64,000 bases of DNA from a virus (IMGVR_UViG_3300028326_000328:8331-72330), one strand, 5' to 3'; counted from the first letter of the stretch, positions 1 to 9,785 are shown. The notes: a model not told the origin generated them from the letters alone. Translations and numbers: made by a program.

Positions 1-989
1 GCAAGCAGCTTCACCTTGTCCAGGCTCATTGCGAGTTCGCACATCTGCCTATAGGACTTTTTCTCATCCTCATCCGGAAATCTGTGGACGCGGACAATAT
101 CAAAGGCGTTGCAGAGCTTCAGGTATGCCGGGTCTTTTGCGTGATGGCTGTAGACAAATCTGCCGTTCTCCTTGACCTCGACGCCCGCCATGCTGCTTGA
201 CTCGATCAGGTGATACCGCTCGTCGCTGTCAGTGGGTTCGTAGACATCTGACAGAAGCTCGTCTATGGCGAGGTTGATGGGGTAAAAAACACGGTTGAAA
301 AGCCCGATCACGCCCTCCTTGGCCAGCGGGTCTTGAACCTTCTGAAACGTAACGCTGTTTGCCCTGCTCTCCCGCGACGACGTAGGAAGCCTTGTTGGGT
401 CTCTCCAGCCCGGATGCGCGTTCAAAATATCGTCGGGATTGAGCCAGTCCTTTTCGACCTCTATAAAGACAAACTCACCATTGGCGGGCGTACTCGGCCA
501 GTACATGAGCTGATTGGGCAGATAGGAGCACTCGTCGAAATTGTCGATGCCAAGTGTCTCGGCGACATATCTCGATACCGCCACAAACTCCTCTGGCGTC
601 ACGTCTCTCGTGAGCGGGAAAACGACGCGTACTCTGGGATTGTCCGGCGCGTGGCTGTGCGTTGAGTACAGGACAGATGTGTATGGCGTGGCGCTCTCGT
701 AGTTTTGTAGGAACGCCGCATCGATTCTGTCCCCGTCCAGCGCGATCATGGAGCGCGACGCCACCGTGTCGATCTTCCGTCTGCCGCCTTCCAGCATCCC
801 TGCCACAAAGCCGCCGTGATCCTTTGCCGCATCTTTCTGTGCTTTGGAAAACTTCGCGTAATCCTCTGCGGACTCAGGTGTTCGGATGGGAACCTTTAAG
901 CGTTCCTTCAGCGCGTCAAAGCTTGTGGTTTTATTCACCCACGTTTTCGCAAGCCGGTTGCTACCGTAGGCAATCGCAAGATTACGCAT
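1..989 (-). CDS. VirE-family primase/helicase, N-terminal part (partial at the window edge; not in the ORF track)
   Basis: My translation from ATG 989 gives MRNLAIAYGSNRLAKTW...KDHGGFVAG...YSTHSHAPDNPRVRVVFPLTRDV, which aligns with the N-terminus of 54910-57297 (KDVGGFVMG, YSTHKHT..KPRLRLIIPLSREV). Confidence 0.85.
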   Translation of the reverse strand, partial: MRNLAIAYGSNRLAKTWVNKTTSFDALKERLKVPIRTPESAEDYAKFSKAQKDAAKDHGGFVAGMLEGGRRKIDTVASRSMIALDGDRIDAAFLQNYESATPYTSVLYSTHSHAPDNPRVRVVFPLTRDVTPEEFVAVSRYVAETLGIDNFDECSYLPNQLMYWPSTPANGEFVFIEVEKDWLNPDDILNAHPGWRDPTRLPTSSRESRANSVTFQKVQDPLAKEGVIGLFNRVFYPINLAIDELLSDVYEPTDSDERYHLIESSSMAGVEVKENGRFVYSHHAKDPAYLKLCNAFDIVRVHRFPDEDEKKSYRQMCELAMSLDKVKLL

Positions 990-1599
990 AGACCCGCCCT
1001 CCTCGGAAGCGTGGAGTCTCGCCGTGCTCAAATCGTGCGCAACGAGCAAGTCGGTAAGCATGTTCGGTTTTGTGAGCATTCATCTCACAGAGGTAGCTGG
1101 AATCGTCGCCGAAAAGCTCAAATCCACCTTCATGGTTGATGCCGGGATGTGCCGCGAAGTAATCGCCGTCGATGGTTTTAAAGTTGAACTCGTTCGGCCA
1201 ACCGTGGTGGTCGTCATAAGCCCTGTCCTCGATAAAGGCTGTGATGTCATCCATGCAATCGCCGCTCGGGATCTGTCCGACTACCAGTATGGCGGGCGAG
1301 AATTTCCCATTTTGATCAACGTTTCTTGCGCCGATCTCCACGAAGCGATTGATCTTTTCCGCGTCGGCATCGCTCATCGCGCCCTTTACCTCGACAAAAA
1401 GGTCGCCACGGTCTCTGCCAGCCACTCCGTGAAGCAGGAAATCAGGCAGATACATCAGCCCGCCCCCGAGGTCGTACCCTTCAGGTTCGTATTCGTATTT
1501 CACACCGCACACGTCGAAGAATACCGCCCATCGAGCTTCAAGCCTTGACCGGAACAGATAACCGTGATACTGTGTTTGTATTGCCGTTAGGTTCTTCAA
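982..1599 (-). CDS. PD-(D/E)XK-family nuclease-like protein
   Basis: FRSRLEARWAVFFD...YEYEPEG...YLPDFLL...FVEVKG gives a PD...EVK catalytic pattern. Confidence 0.7.
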   Translation of the reverse strand: MKNLTAIQTQYHGYLFRSRLEARWAVFFDVCGVKYEYEPEGYDLGGGLMYLPDFLLHGVAGRDRGDLFVEVKGAMSDADAEKINRFVEIGARNVDQNGKFSPAILVVGQIPSGDCMDDITAFIEDRAYDDHHGWPNEFNFKTIDGDYFAAHPGINHEGGFELFGDDSSYLCEMNAHKTEHAYRLARCARFEHGETPRFRGGRVYA

Positions 1600-2018
1600 T
1601 TCGTGACCTCCTCACATGCCTTGGTATAGTAGCGGATCCGCTGGCCCTTGCGCATAGCGCGCGCGATCTCAACGCCCATGCCCCTCGTAATCGCATCTCC
1701 GAACACCCAGAGTTCTGCGCATTTTGACAGAAGTACGATGTCCATGAACAGCGCCAGATCGCGCTCAGCCTCGTCATCGTCTTGCATGAACTGGGGGAAC
1801 AGCAGATGCGGCGCGATGGGGATGTAGCCGCTATCAACCGCGAAGCGGCAGTAGCGCCGGGCGTTCAGGATGTTGACGTCGGTGTCGCCGGAGTAGGGAG
1901 AGCACACGTAGACGATCGGTCGGAACCGGGCTTTTCGTAGTTCGGCTTCGATGTTGGAGAAGGCTGCAAAGACGGTCGGATCGGGGTATCCTTCGTGGTT
2001 ATACTTGCTGATTGTCAT
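1596..2018 (-). CDS. DUF4406/DUF7768-like protein (nucleoside deoxyribosyltransferase-like fold)
   Basis: VYVCSPYSGD, PIAPHLLF, LLSKCAELWVFG, GMGVEI motifs. Start moved to MTISKYN; paralogue at 57294-57746. Confidence 0.75.
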   Translation of the reverse strand: MTISKYNHEGYPDPTVFAAFSNIEAELRKARFRPIVYVCSPYSGDTDVNILNARRYCRFAVDSGYIPIAPHLLFPQFMQDDDEAERDLALFMDIVLLSKCAELWVFGDAITRGMGVEIARAMRKGQRIRYYTKACEEVTN

Positions 2019-2226
2019 GCCGCGTCGCACCCTTCCAGTGTTTGTAGCTGCATCTCGAACAGCAGATGCCGGTGCCGTACAGATCGAAGTGTTCATCGGA
2101 TGCGAGTTCCGCGAGATCGACCTGCAGTTCGCTACCGCAGTCCGGGCAACGGGTGAACACGTTTTCGTCTGTGATCTCCGTTGTCACCTGAGTTTCCTCG
2201 CTGAGTTGTGCCTTGACGTAAAACAT
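1999..2226 (-). CDS. Small Zn-ribbon hypothetical protein
   Basis: GGAGG RBS before MFYVKAQ; CPDC and CSRC motifs. Confidence 0.6.
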   Translation of the reverse strand: MFYVKAQLSEETQVTTEITDENVFTRCPDCGSELQVDLAELASDEHFDLYGTGICCSRCSYKHWKGATRHDNQQV

Positions 2227-2259
2227 AAAAGCCTCCTGCCGCAAGTAGTAGGGCAACGC

Positions 2260-2300
2260 CCTCTACCTACCTGCTGACAAGAGGAGTTGATTTGTGGACA
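2260..2300 (-). promoter_or_regulatory. Bipartite motif TGTCCAC-N15-GTCAGCA-N8-GAGGGC, copy 1
   Basis: Intergenic; the same boxes with the same 15-nt spacing recur at 6475-6517. Confidence 0.5.
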
Positions 2301-2306
2301 GCCGCG

Positions 2307-4250
2307 CTACTCTTTTTTGTAAAATAGGGTTTCAAATCCGTCCGCGCGAAGAATCAGGTCTTTCGCCCAAGGCGGCGTGCGTACCATCTGTTCACACACG
2401 GTTTGCAGGGACATCCGCTGGTCGGCTTCGATAATGATTTCGTCATGCACGTGCGCCACGATGTTGCAGCAGCGCAGCGTCTTCATGGCGTAACACAGGA
2501 TGTCCCGGCTGATGGCCTGCACTATGTTCTCCACAAATTTTGGACCGTAGCTTTCGAGGCGCTCCCACTTCTTCGTGCCACCGATGCCTTCATACGTGAC
2601 CGATTCGCCCCCAAATCTGTTCTCGCCGATCCGGGGCTTCACGTAAGCAAGCTGTCTGCCCGATGGCAACTGGATAAACAGGAATCCGCTTTCATACACG
2701 AAACGGATACCGTGTGTTTCTGTGGTGACTCTTTCGGATACTGTCTCCTTGACAGCTGCGTCAATGTCCCACCAGAGCTTCACAATGTTAGGATTGGCAG
2801 CCCGCCATGCGTCCACCAGTAGCTTGAGCTCCTCTTCTTGAAGCCCCATTTCCAGCGCACCCATCGCCTTCAGCGCCCCCACGGAGCCACCATAGCCGAG
2901 TGCCAATTCTGCGATCTTCCCCTTCTGGCGGAGATGACCGTTGATCCCGTGCTTCTCCACGGGAACTCTGAACATCTGAGATGCGCTGGCACAATAGATG
3001 TCGCCGCCATTTTCAAAAACGTCAAGCCGCCATTGTTCCCCGGCCAGCCAGGCAATCACGCGGGCTTCGATGGCGGCGAAGTCGGAAACGATGAACTTTC
3101 CACCCTCATAGGGTACGAACGCCGTGCGAATGAGCTCGGAAAGCACATCGGGAACGGAATCATAGAGCATGTGTAGCGTTTTGTAATCCCCGCCTCGCAC
3201 AAGCGCTCGGGCTTGCTCCAGATCGACCATGTGGTTCTGGGGCAAATTCTGCAATTGAATTAGCCTGCCGGAAAATCGGCCTGTTCGATTCGCGCCATAG
3301 AACATGAACATGCCATGCGCCCGGCCGTCACTGCAGACGCAGTTGCGCATTGCCTGATACTTTTTGACCGATGCCTTCGCCAGCTGCTGCCGCAGGAGCA
3401 GCACATCCGCAAGGCCGTCGGGCGCATCCTTGCGCGCCGCCGCAAGCTCCTTTTTGCCGAGGGATTCCATTTCCAGACCGTTCTCAGCCAGCCACGCTTT
3501 CATCTGCGCAACGGAATTAGGGTTGTCAAGCGCGGTCACTTCCTGCATCTTAGCGCTGAGTTCTTCGCGGGAGCGCTCGTCCATGCGAATGGCGTTTTCG
3601 ACAAGCGTCATATCCAGCCTGATGCCCCGGTCGTTGATTTCCTGATCCAGATGATATTCGTCCCAGACGAAATCGGGCACGGGGAAACGGGAGAGCACCT
3701 TTTGTATAGACATTTCGGTCTCCACGTCGCGAAGATTGTACGACTTGAACAGCGCCCACTTATCCGGTGCGTCGGCAGCACGGTTGCGCGTACGACCACC
3801 GTTCGCCTTCGCCGGCGCGCAGGGCTGGCAGAAATACTTGATGAGGTCCTTGCCGGTTTCCAGCTTCTGTTTTTCCAGCTTCAGCACCGCGCCCACGCCT
3901 GTCAGCGAAAGCGGCAAGCCCAGATAAGCTGACCACACCATGGAGCAGCGCCACTGCTGAGGTTCGAGGTATTCACCCGAAGACAGACCGAGATAGCGTG
4001 ACAGGCAAACGCGTTCAAAACTTGCATTGAAGGCCCACTTGGTTACGGAGGGGTCGGTCAGCGCATGACGTATCTCAACAGGCAGCTGCTCTCCATTAGC
4101 CAGATCAACCACCTTCACAGGGCCGCCGTCTATGCTGTAGCCGAAGAGCAGCACCTCAAAATCATCCGCCTCACAATAACGGTAAACGCCCGTCTTGCTG
4201 AGGTCTGCACTGCTAAAGGACTCTAGATCGACACTTAAGTTTTTCATCAT
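2307..4250 (-). CDS. Phage family A DNA polymerase
   Basis: DLESFS exonuclease-like N-terminus, QLQNLPQ, DFAAIEAR (motif A), KIAELALGYG (motif B), HVHDE (motif C). Confidence 0.95.
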   Translation of the reverse strand: MMKNLSVDLESFSSADLSKTGVYRYCEADDFEVLLFGYSIDGGPVKVVDLANGEQLPVEIRHALTDPSVTKWAFNASFERVCLSRYLGLSSGEYLEPQQWRCSMVWSAYLGLPLSLTGVGAVLKLEKQKLETGKDLIKYFCQPCAPAKANGGRTRNRAADAPDKWALFKSYNLRDVETEMSIQKVLSRFPVPDFVWDEYHLDQEINDRGIRLDMTLVENAIRMDERSREELSAKMQEVTALDNPNSVAQMKAWLAENGLEMESLGKKELAAARKDAPDGLADVLLLRQQLAKASVKKYQAMRNCVCSDGRAHGMFMFYGANRTGRFSGRLIQLQNLPQNHMVDLEQARALVRGGDYKTLHMLYDSVPDVLSELIRTAFVPYEGGKFIVSDFAAIEARVIAWLAGEQWRLDVFENGGDIYCASASQMFRVPVEKHGINGHLRQKGKIAELALGYGGSVGALKAMGALEMGLQEEELKLLVDAWRAANPNIVKLWWDIDAAVKETVSERVTTETHGIRFVYESGFLFIQLPSGRQLAYVKPRIGENRFGGESVTYEGIGGTKKWERLESYGPKFVENIVQAISRDILCYAMKTLRCCNIVAHVHDEIIIEADQRMSLQTVCEQMVRTPPWAKDLILRADGFETLFYKKE

Positions 4251-4304
4251 CGCACCTCAATGGCAATTGGGCGGCAGATTGCTCCGCCGCCCTTTCCTTT
4301 CAGT

Positions 4305-4850
4305 TTATGCCAGGAAATCGTCGTCATCCAGCGTGTCGAACTCGGAAGAAGCGTTGGTACGCCCGCCGAGCGGCTCGCCGTCGCGCACCTTTTGGATGTT
4401 GCCCAAGCCGCAGGCCACGCCGCGATTCCCATTGGTGTTGAACGCATAGAAGCTGAGAGAGACGTGAGCGTACACACCAGAGTAGACTTCGCTGCGGTCG
4501 AGGATGGGGCGCACATGCTTGTCCACGATCTGCGGTGCGGTCTTGCTGTTGGCGTTGATGAAGAAACACCCCTTGTAGTCATCATCGTCGCGTTCGGTAT
4601 CGCCATCACGAAGCGGCAGTTTGAGAGCGCCCTTCGGGGGGATCTTCCCGCCAAACTTGCCGACGCCTTCCTTGATGGCGCAGTCGATGGCGTCGTTGAT
4701 CGCATTGACTGTCTCCGTATCGGTCTTGGGGATAATGATGGAACAACTGTACTTGGGGTCCCCGCCGTTGATGGATTTGGGCTCCCACACGCTGGCGTAA
4801 GAAAGGCGGACGAGACCGGTGATCACCTTGGTATTGTTCTGCTTAGCCAT
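4305..4850 (-). CDS. DUF2815 family ssDNA-binding protein (T7 gp2.5-like)
   Basis: RLSYASVWEP, LPLRDGD, YSGVY, GLGNIQK, acidic tail; position next to PolA. Confidence 0.9.
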   Translation of the reverse strand: MAKQNNTKVITGLVRLSYASVWEPKSINGGDPKYSCSIIIPKTDTETVNAINDAIDCAIKEGVGKFGGKIPPKGALKLPLRDGDTERDDDDYKGCFFINANSKTAPQIVDKHVRPILDRSEVYSGVYAHVSLSFYAFNTNGNRGVACGLGNIQKVRDGEPLGGRTNASSEFDTLDDDDFLA

Positions 4851-4852
4851 GA

Positions 4853-5992
4853 TTAAATATCCTCCTGTATTTCATTGAAATCTGTGTTGGCGCTGGCGAT
4901 GGGCGGGCGCTTGTCCGACATGGGCACCAACGTGGGTTTGCCTGCGGGTTTATGGACCAGCCCGCCCAGAATGGTTTGGAAGTTCTGCTTGCCCATGAGC
5001 TTTTCCATTTCAGTCAGCGGGAGCAGCGTCTTCCGGAAGATGTCGTGATATCCTACGTCATTGGATGCGGTGATCACGGCCTGCTCATCGGTATACTTGC
5101 GATTGGAGCGGCCTTCGACCACTTTCCAATTTTTCCACTGCTTGCCGTGGTTGAGGGCGGCGTCCTGTGCGTATTCCATGATCTCGTTGGCCCAACTGGT
5201 GAGATCAGAGAGCTTGTCCAGAATCTCTTCGATCTCCGAATCCAAGAGCAGCGGCGGGAGGGCGAACTCATACTGCGCCAGCCGAAGCTTCTCTTCGGCC
5301 CGTGCGCGGCACTTGACTGCTGCCCGGCAGAAGGTACACCACGGGCCGGGATGATAGTCACCTTTGCCCTCGTAAGCCAAGGCCGCTTTGGGCTTAAGCT
5401 CGTCCTCCGCCCACACCTTGAGCTCAGTCACAGGAATCGTCCATGTGCTGATGTTCTCACGCCGGGGTTGGTAGATGGTCATGGCCACTTCATCGATGTC
5501 GTACAGGCTGTCGTAGACATGGAGAGCGCCCAGCGCGTAGAGCATCATCTGCGGGTTGTGATCCGCTTCGACCAGCACGCCCTGCCCGTACTTGAAATCG
5601 ATGATGTGCAGCGTCTTGTCGGAGATGATGACGCAGTCGCCGGTTCCGAAACCATCGGGAACGTAACAGGAGAAGTCCAGCCGCTGTTCGATGTTGATGA
5701 TTGGGTCAGCGCAAACTTGCCGGGCTTCGGCGATGGTTTCCAGTACGAACTGCACATACCCATCGGCATAGCTGTCCATCTCATCACAGTCGTACTGGGA
5801 GATGGGCTTTCGGGACTGCTGCTTGAGCGCCCTCCGGAGCTTGTGCTCACACAGCGCGTGGGCGGCGGTGCCCTCGGCAGCAGCTTCCGTTTCCCGGTCA
5901 GCGAACTCCTGCTCCAGCCGGGCCGACGGGTTACAGTTCATCCAGCGGTGTGAAGACGATGCTGACAAGATCGCATGTTTTGAAGGGGGCAT
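4853..5992 (-). CDS. DUF2800 family PD-(D/E)XK (Cas4-like) exonuclease
   Basis: HAILSASSSHRW, EGTAAH, GFGTGDC, IIDFKYG, WCTFC..KCRAR. Confidence 0.9.
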   Translation of the reverse strand: MPPSKHAILSASSSHRWMNCNPSARLEQEFADRETEAAAEGTAAHALCEHKLRRALKQQSRKPISQYDCDEMDSYADGYVQFVLETIAEARQVCADPIINIEQRLDFSCYVPDGFGTGDCVIISDKTLHIIDFKYGQGVLVEADHNPQMMLYALGALHVYDSLYDIDEVAMTIYQPRRENISTWTIPVTELKVWAEDELKPKAALAYEGKGDYHPGPWCTFCRAAVKCRARAEEKLRLAQYEFALPPLLLDSEIEEILDKLSDLTSWANEIMEYAQDAALNHGKQWKNWKVVEGRSNRKYTDEQAVITASNDVGYHDIFRKTLLPLTEMEKLMGKQNFQTILGGLVHKPAGKPTLVPMSDKRPPIASANTDFNEIQEDI

Positions 5993-6315
5993 CAGAGCAC
6001 CTCCGCTTCACGCAACAGGTCGGCATACCTTGCCGGATCGACCTGACTCAGCCTATCCGCGCCGTACTTGCGGATCAGAGCCTGTACCTGGGCGGTGTGA
6101 CCTTCCACAGACTTTTGAGCCAACACCGGGCGCACGTCTTCAAGAGTCAGCATCTTGGCGGCGGGTACATTTTTTGTGGCAGCACTATCTGTCTGCTGCT
6201 CATCTGAACCGCTGAACAGATCCCGTAGCGTTTCAGATACGCGGGAAAGGGCTTCGCCGCACCTGCGCAGTTCGGCAACCGCAGCATCCAGTTCTGCCAT
6301 CTTGCTCATTGTCAT
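5992..6315 (-). CDS. Conserved phage hypothetical protein upstream of DUF2800
   Basis: C-terminal VRPVLAQKS..G...VQALIRKYGADRLSQV is shared with 61431-61751. Confidence 0.75.
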   Translation of the reverse strand: MTMSKMAELDAAVAELRRCGEALSRVSETLRDLFSGSDEQQTDSAATKNVPAAKMLTLEDVRPVLAQKSVEGHTAQVQALIRKYGADRLSQVDPARYADLLREAEVL

Positions 6316-6445
6316 GTCCTCCTTCGCCTCGTTTTTCCAGCCTTGCCAGATTGAGCGCCAGTCGCTTCGAGACAATGCTGATCGCCATCAGGAGACCGGC
6401 GACTTCTTCGCAACTGGCTGTTTCGTGTTCACGGTATTCCGCCAT
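6233..6445 (-). CDS. Small hypothetical protein
   Basis: GGAGGTG RBS before MAEYREH; the 3' end overlaps the next gene and is uncertain. Confidence 0.45.
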   Translation of the reverse strand: MAEYREHETASCEEVAGLLMAISIVSKRLALNLARLEKRGEGGHDNEQDGRTGCCGCRTAQVRRSPFPRI

Positions 6446-6474
6446 CCATCTCACCTCCATCCGGGGGCTTGCTG

Positions 6475-6517
6475 CCCTCACACTTTCTTGCTGACAGATG
6501 GAGGGGAGATGTGGACA
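6475..6517 (-). promoter_or_regulatory. Bipartite motif TGTCCAC-N15-GTCAGCA-N9-GAGGGC, copy 2
   Basis: Lies just downstream of the sigma-like gene; matches 2260-2300. Confidence 0.5.
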
Positions 6518-6530
6518 GGCGGAGAAAATG

Positions 6531-7223
6531 TTATTTGGGATCAAGCCGCTGGGCTTCTGCTTTCAAGCGTTCGATGATGCGATTGGCTTTTTTGCCCGCG
6601 TACCGGAAATCGGAGATGCCGCACTCATCGGCCAATTTCCGAAGCGTCATGCCGTCCTGAAAGCGGCGCAGGATAAAGGCGCGGTCATCCTCGGACAACG
6701 AGGTCAATGCAGCGGCGATGAGGTCGCGAGTGGCGGTTTCTTCCATATCACGTTCAATGTTCGTATCGGCGGGAAGCAGATCGCCAAACTCAGTGCCATC
6801 CTCGCCAACGGATTGGTTGAGCGAGACGGTGCGATGAATGTGATCACGAGAGCAGGTTTCGCAGCCTAGGCAACCGTAGTCGTCTCGGGTCCGCCAGCCA
6901 TCACATTTTGCAGTGTTCTTGTATACGCATTGGCGGCCGCGGAGGCGGCGCTGGTCTTCAGCATCTTTCTCTCGCTTGAGTCGGATGGCGAACTCCGCCA
7001 TATGTCCAGAAAGCGGGAAGAAATATGCGTACCCGCCATCAGCGTCGATGTAGGTCTGTTTGACAGGCTCATCCACACTGTGCATCAAGGAGAAATACTC
7101 CGCGCGGGTAATCAGGGTGTAGCTGTCATCGTCGCCGATACGAATGTAGTGCATCGGCTGATGGTCGTAGGCTTGCTTCGGAAGGTGCGGATAGGACTTG
7201 CGATGATTGTTGAATTGGCTCAT
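6531..7223 (-). CDS. Sigma-70 region-4-type transcription factor with Cys-rich central region
   Basis: C-terminal ALTSLSEDDRAFILRRFQDGMTLRKLADECGIS HTH; SLNQ box. The real start is MSQFNNH, preceded by an AAGGAG RBS. Confidence 0.75.
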   Translation of the reverse strand: MSQFNNHRKSYPHLPKQAYDHQPMHYIRIGDDDSYTLITRAEYFSLMHSVDEPVKQTYIDADGGYAYFFPLSGHMAEFAIRLKREKDAEDQRRLRGRQCVYKNTAKCDGWRTRDDYGCLGCETCSRDHIHRTVSLNQSVGEDGTEFGDLLPADTNIERDMEETATRDLIAAALTSLSEDDRAFILRRFQDGMTLRKLADECGISDFRYAGKKANRIIERLKAEAQRLDPK

Positions 7224-7594
7224 GTTTGGCTCCTTTTCGTTTTCAGATCGTGTTGTTCTGAAAGCGCGAAGGAGGCAAAAATGAAGCTCCCTCAACGCTT
7301 TGCTGCATTTGAGGGAGCCATCCAAGGCATTTTGAGCGCACCTTAACAAGGTCAGCCGCAAAATGAAGGAGGATCCCTCATCGGCTGCACCTGCGCCTTC
7401 CCAAGCGTGGTGCGGGTCTTCCAGCATGATCGGGAACTTCAGACCGGGAGCGGCCCGGCAGGATCAAGCTGTACGTGGTAATGTCCGCTTTCTTTGTATC
7501 CCGCCGCCTGATGGTCATCTCTGCGTTGAGATATCGTAGAAAGCGTCATCTCTGCTATCCACGAAGAGTTTATCTTGATATATGAGGGCTGTGT

Positions 7595-7734
7595 TGGACA
7601 CGCCTCGTCCACATAGCACGAGACCAAAAGCGCAAAAAAGCCCGGTAAAAACTCCACGAGTGAAGTCTCTACCGGGCTTTCAGAATGGAAATGCGAATTT
7701 ATGGCAAAAAAAGGTGGACGTGCCTCGTCCACCT
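7595..7734. promoter_or_regulatory. Two operator-like palindromes, TGGAC-N7-GTCCA (7595-7611) and AAGGTGGAC-N7-GTCCACCTT (7711-7735)
   Basis: Seen directly; the spacers are near-identical (acgcctc / gtgcctc). Confidence 0.55.
7634..7680 (-). terminator. Intrinsic terminator-like hairpin after the ImmA-like gene
   Basis: AAAGCCCGGTA...TACCGGGCTTT followed by a T-run on the minus strand. Confidence 0.6.
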
Positions 7735-7745
7735 TCTCGAAAATT

Positions 7746-9656
7746 TTACTCGATTATTTTACCGCGTTGGGCATCGCTGGTGATCAGCGAAGCGCCATGC
7801 TCCGCCAGAAAGTCGTTGACTTTCAGAAAACGTTCCGGGTACTTATGCATCAATGCAAATCTATACCAGATATGGGAATCCTTCTGTAAAACAAGCGGGC
7901 AGGGCGAGCTTCTCATAATATGTTCACTAACACCAAAAGGAAGATGCAGGCCAAGACATATCATGACAAGTGACTCTGTGGTTGGCTCACGTACTCCGTT
8001 TACAATGCGGCTAATTGTTTGATCGTCTAGCCCGATTCTTCTCTCAAGCTCTGCATTGCTTACGTTACGATATTTCATCATTTTCTGTAGGGCTAATGCG
8101 CAGTTGCCCGGCAAGCCTTCCTCCAGTATTTTTGCTTCTTCATGAACAGCAGTGGTAAGAATTTCTTTCTGCTTTTCAGAGCTTACATACTGATTCCCAT
8201 TGCTGTACTTGATTTCAAATGTAACGGGAGAGTCTTTGTCTTTATTAAGGAAACACTCAGTATGATATCGCTCTTTTTGCCCTGACTTGACTTCCATGTC
8301 AAACACGAGGCAACATAATTCCATGTGCCTACGGGCGTATTTCGTAAGGCACAAAGCGCCCTCGCCGTCTATGGTGACATACTTGGGGCTATTGATAACA
8401 AAATGCGAGTCAACATACACATAGTTTCCATCCTTCACCGTATCGCAGAAATCTGAGCATGTGAAGTATAGAATAGCCGCATCCTCTGCCGAGACAGAAA
8501 ACGTCTGGTTACGCTTAATGGAGTCTTTCTTAAAGGCATGCGTCCGGATATAACGTCCATCTATATAGTTAAACGCACCAACAGCCTCGTGAAACCCAGC
8601 GTCGACCATACGAATCTTTGCGGCGGTTCTGGAAACGCCATAGAACACGGCCAATGCGTTGATGAGCGGCTCAATGAAATCCAAAATATCGTCAGAGCCA
8701 GATTTTGCACGGTATTCGCGCAAGAGTTCGTATACCTTCATCTTGAAAGGCGCAAGCGGCATCTGTATGCGAGGCGCAAGCGCATTTGCATGCCACTCCA
8801 TCCAATCAATAGAACTTTTGTTGATACCACTAACACCGCCCACAACTTTACAGCATATTTGTGTTGCACTCTCGTTATACAGCCGTTCTAATTCAAATGC
8901 TTTTCGATGCTGATCCCAGTGGACGCATTCATGAACGATGGTATTATTGACCTGGCCTAGATTTCGAAGAAAGTAGGCTTTCGGGTCAACTATGATGGTT
9001 TTCGCTTGTGCATCGACTGTTTCCATCTTTTCTGCTCTATCATCATATAGTTCTGTAGTACAATCCCGAAAGCAAAGCTGCCCGAACACGGAAAAATCTT
9101 CGGTGATGCTTCGTATATCGATGGTAAGCCCCATAGCTTTTGCTAATTCGGCAGGGTCAACCGGCATCGGCTGCTTTAGCGCCTGCGAGTAGTGCCGCTC
9201 CAAAAAACCGTTCGCAACCGTCTCCAAATCATCCGAATGGATAAACGGCACAAGCGAATCGTCCAGCGGCTTTGGCATTCTATTTTTGCCACTATACGGC
9301 TTTACAGAGGCTATGTAAAGGTCGTTCAGATTCTTATCCAGATCGCCGGAGCATCGAAGCATAAACCACTCGATGCAGCTCTCGTCTGTGTCATAGTGAT
9401 AATCGGCTTCACGCACATATAGCTCGGCTTCGATAGCAACGTCAAAAGCTATCTTGCCGTCTGGCAGATCGCTAATGTTGGTATACAGGATGGTTGTATC
9501 GACAACCTCAATGTTTCCGATGTTCCGAACCTTATGGAGACGTAGATCAAGGGTGCTGGCATTTTTTTCGTCTTCGATATAATCCATAATCGCTTGTGAG
9601 AATTCGTCCTCGAAGCGATCACTGACGTATTCCTTGAATGATCGACTCTTGCCCAC
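7746..9656 (-). CDS. ImmA/IrrE-family metallopeptidase fused to a C-terminal XRE HTH
   Basis: IVHECVH (HExxH) and EWHAN; C-terminal VSNAELERRIGLDDQTISRIVNG HTH. Confidence 0.85.
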   Translation of the reverse strand: MGKSRSFKEYVSDRFEDEFSQAIMDYIEDEKNASTLDLRLHKVRNIGNIEVVDTTILYTNISDLPDGKIAFDVAIEAELYVREADYHYDTDESCIEWFMLRCSGDLDKNLNDLYIASVKPYSGKNRMPKPLDDSLVPFIHSDDLETVANGFLERHYSQALKQPMPVDPAELAKAMGLTIDIRSITEDFSVFGQLCFRDCTTELYDDRAEKMETVDAQAKTIIVDPKAYFLRNLGQVNNTIVHECVHWDQHRKAFELERLYNESATQICCKVVGGVSGINKSSIDWMEWHANALAPRIQMPLAPFKMKVYELLREYRAKSGSDDILDFIEPLINALAVFYGVSRTAAKIRMVDAGFHEAVGAFNYIDGRYIRTHAFKKDSIKRNQTFSVSAEDAAILYFTCSDFCDTVKDGNYVYVDSHFVINSPKYVTIDGEGALCLTKYARRHMELCCLVFDMEVKSGQKERYHTECFLNKDKDSPVTFEIKYSNGNQYVSSEKQKEILTTAVHEEAKILEEGLPGNCALALQKMMKYRNVSNAELERRIGLDDQTISRIVNGVREPTTESLVMICLGLHLPFGVSEHIMRSSPCPLVLQKDSHIWYRFALMHKYPERFLKVNDFLAEHGASLITSDAQRGKIIE

Positions 9657-9715
9657 TCTTCTGCCCCCCTAAATGCAAGACCACTTGTTACAGATACCAT
9701 CACGAAAGCGCATAC

Positions 9716-9744
9716 AGTATACCATAGGCCTGAAGAGATTTCAA
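9716..9744 (-). promoter_or_regulatory. Sigma-A promoter for the ImmA-like gene
   Basis: TTGAAA-N17-TATACT with an extended -10 TG. Confidence 0.7.
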
Positions 9745-9785
9745 CCAATAACTCGAACTAATCTTGTATATGCAGCAATTTTCTC

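Noticed and set aside
4853-5992. cas4 as evidence of a CRISPR system (also 60298-61431)
   Set aside because: These are DUF2800 phage nucleases in a standard replication module beside the SSB and PolA genes.
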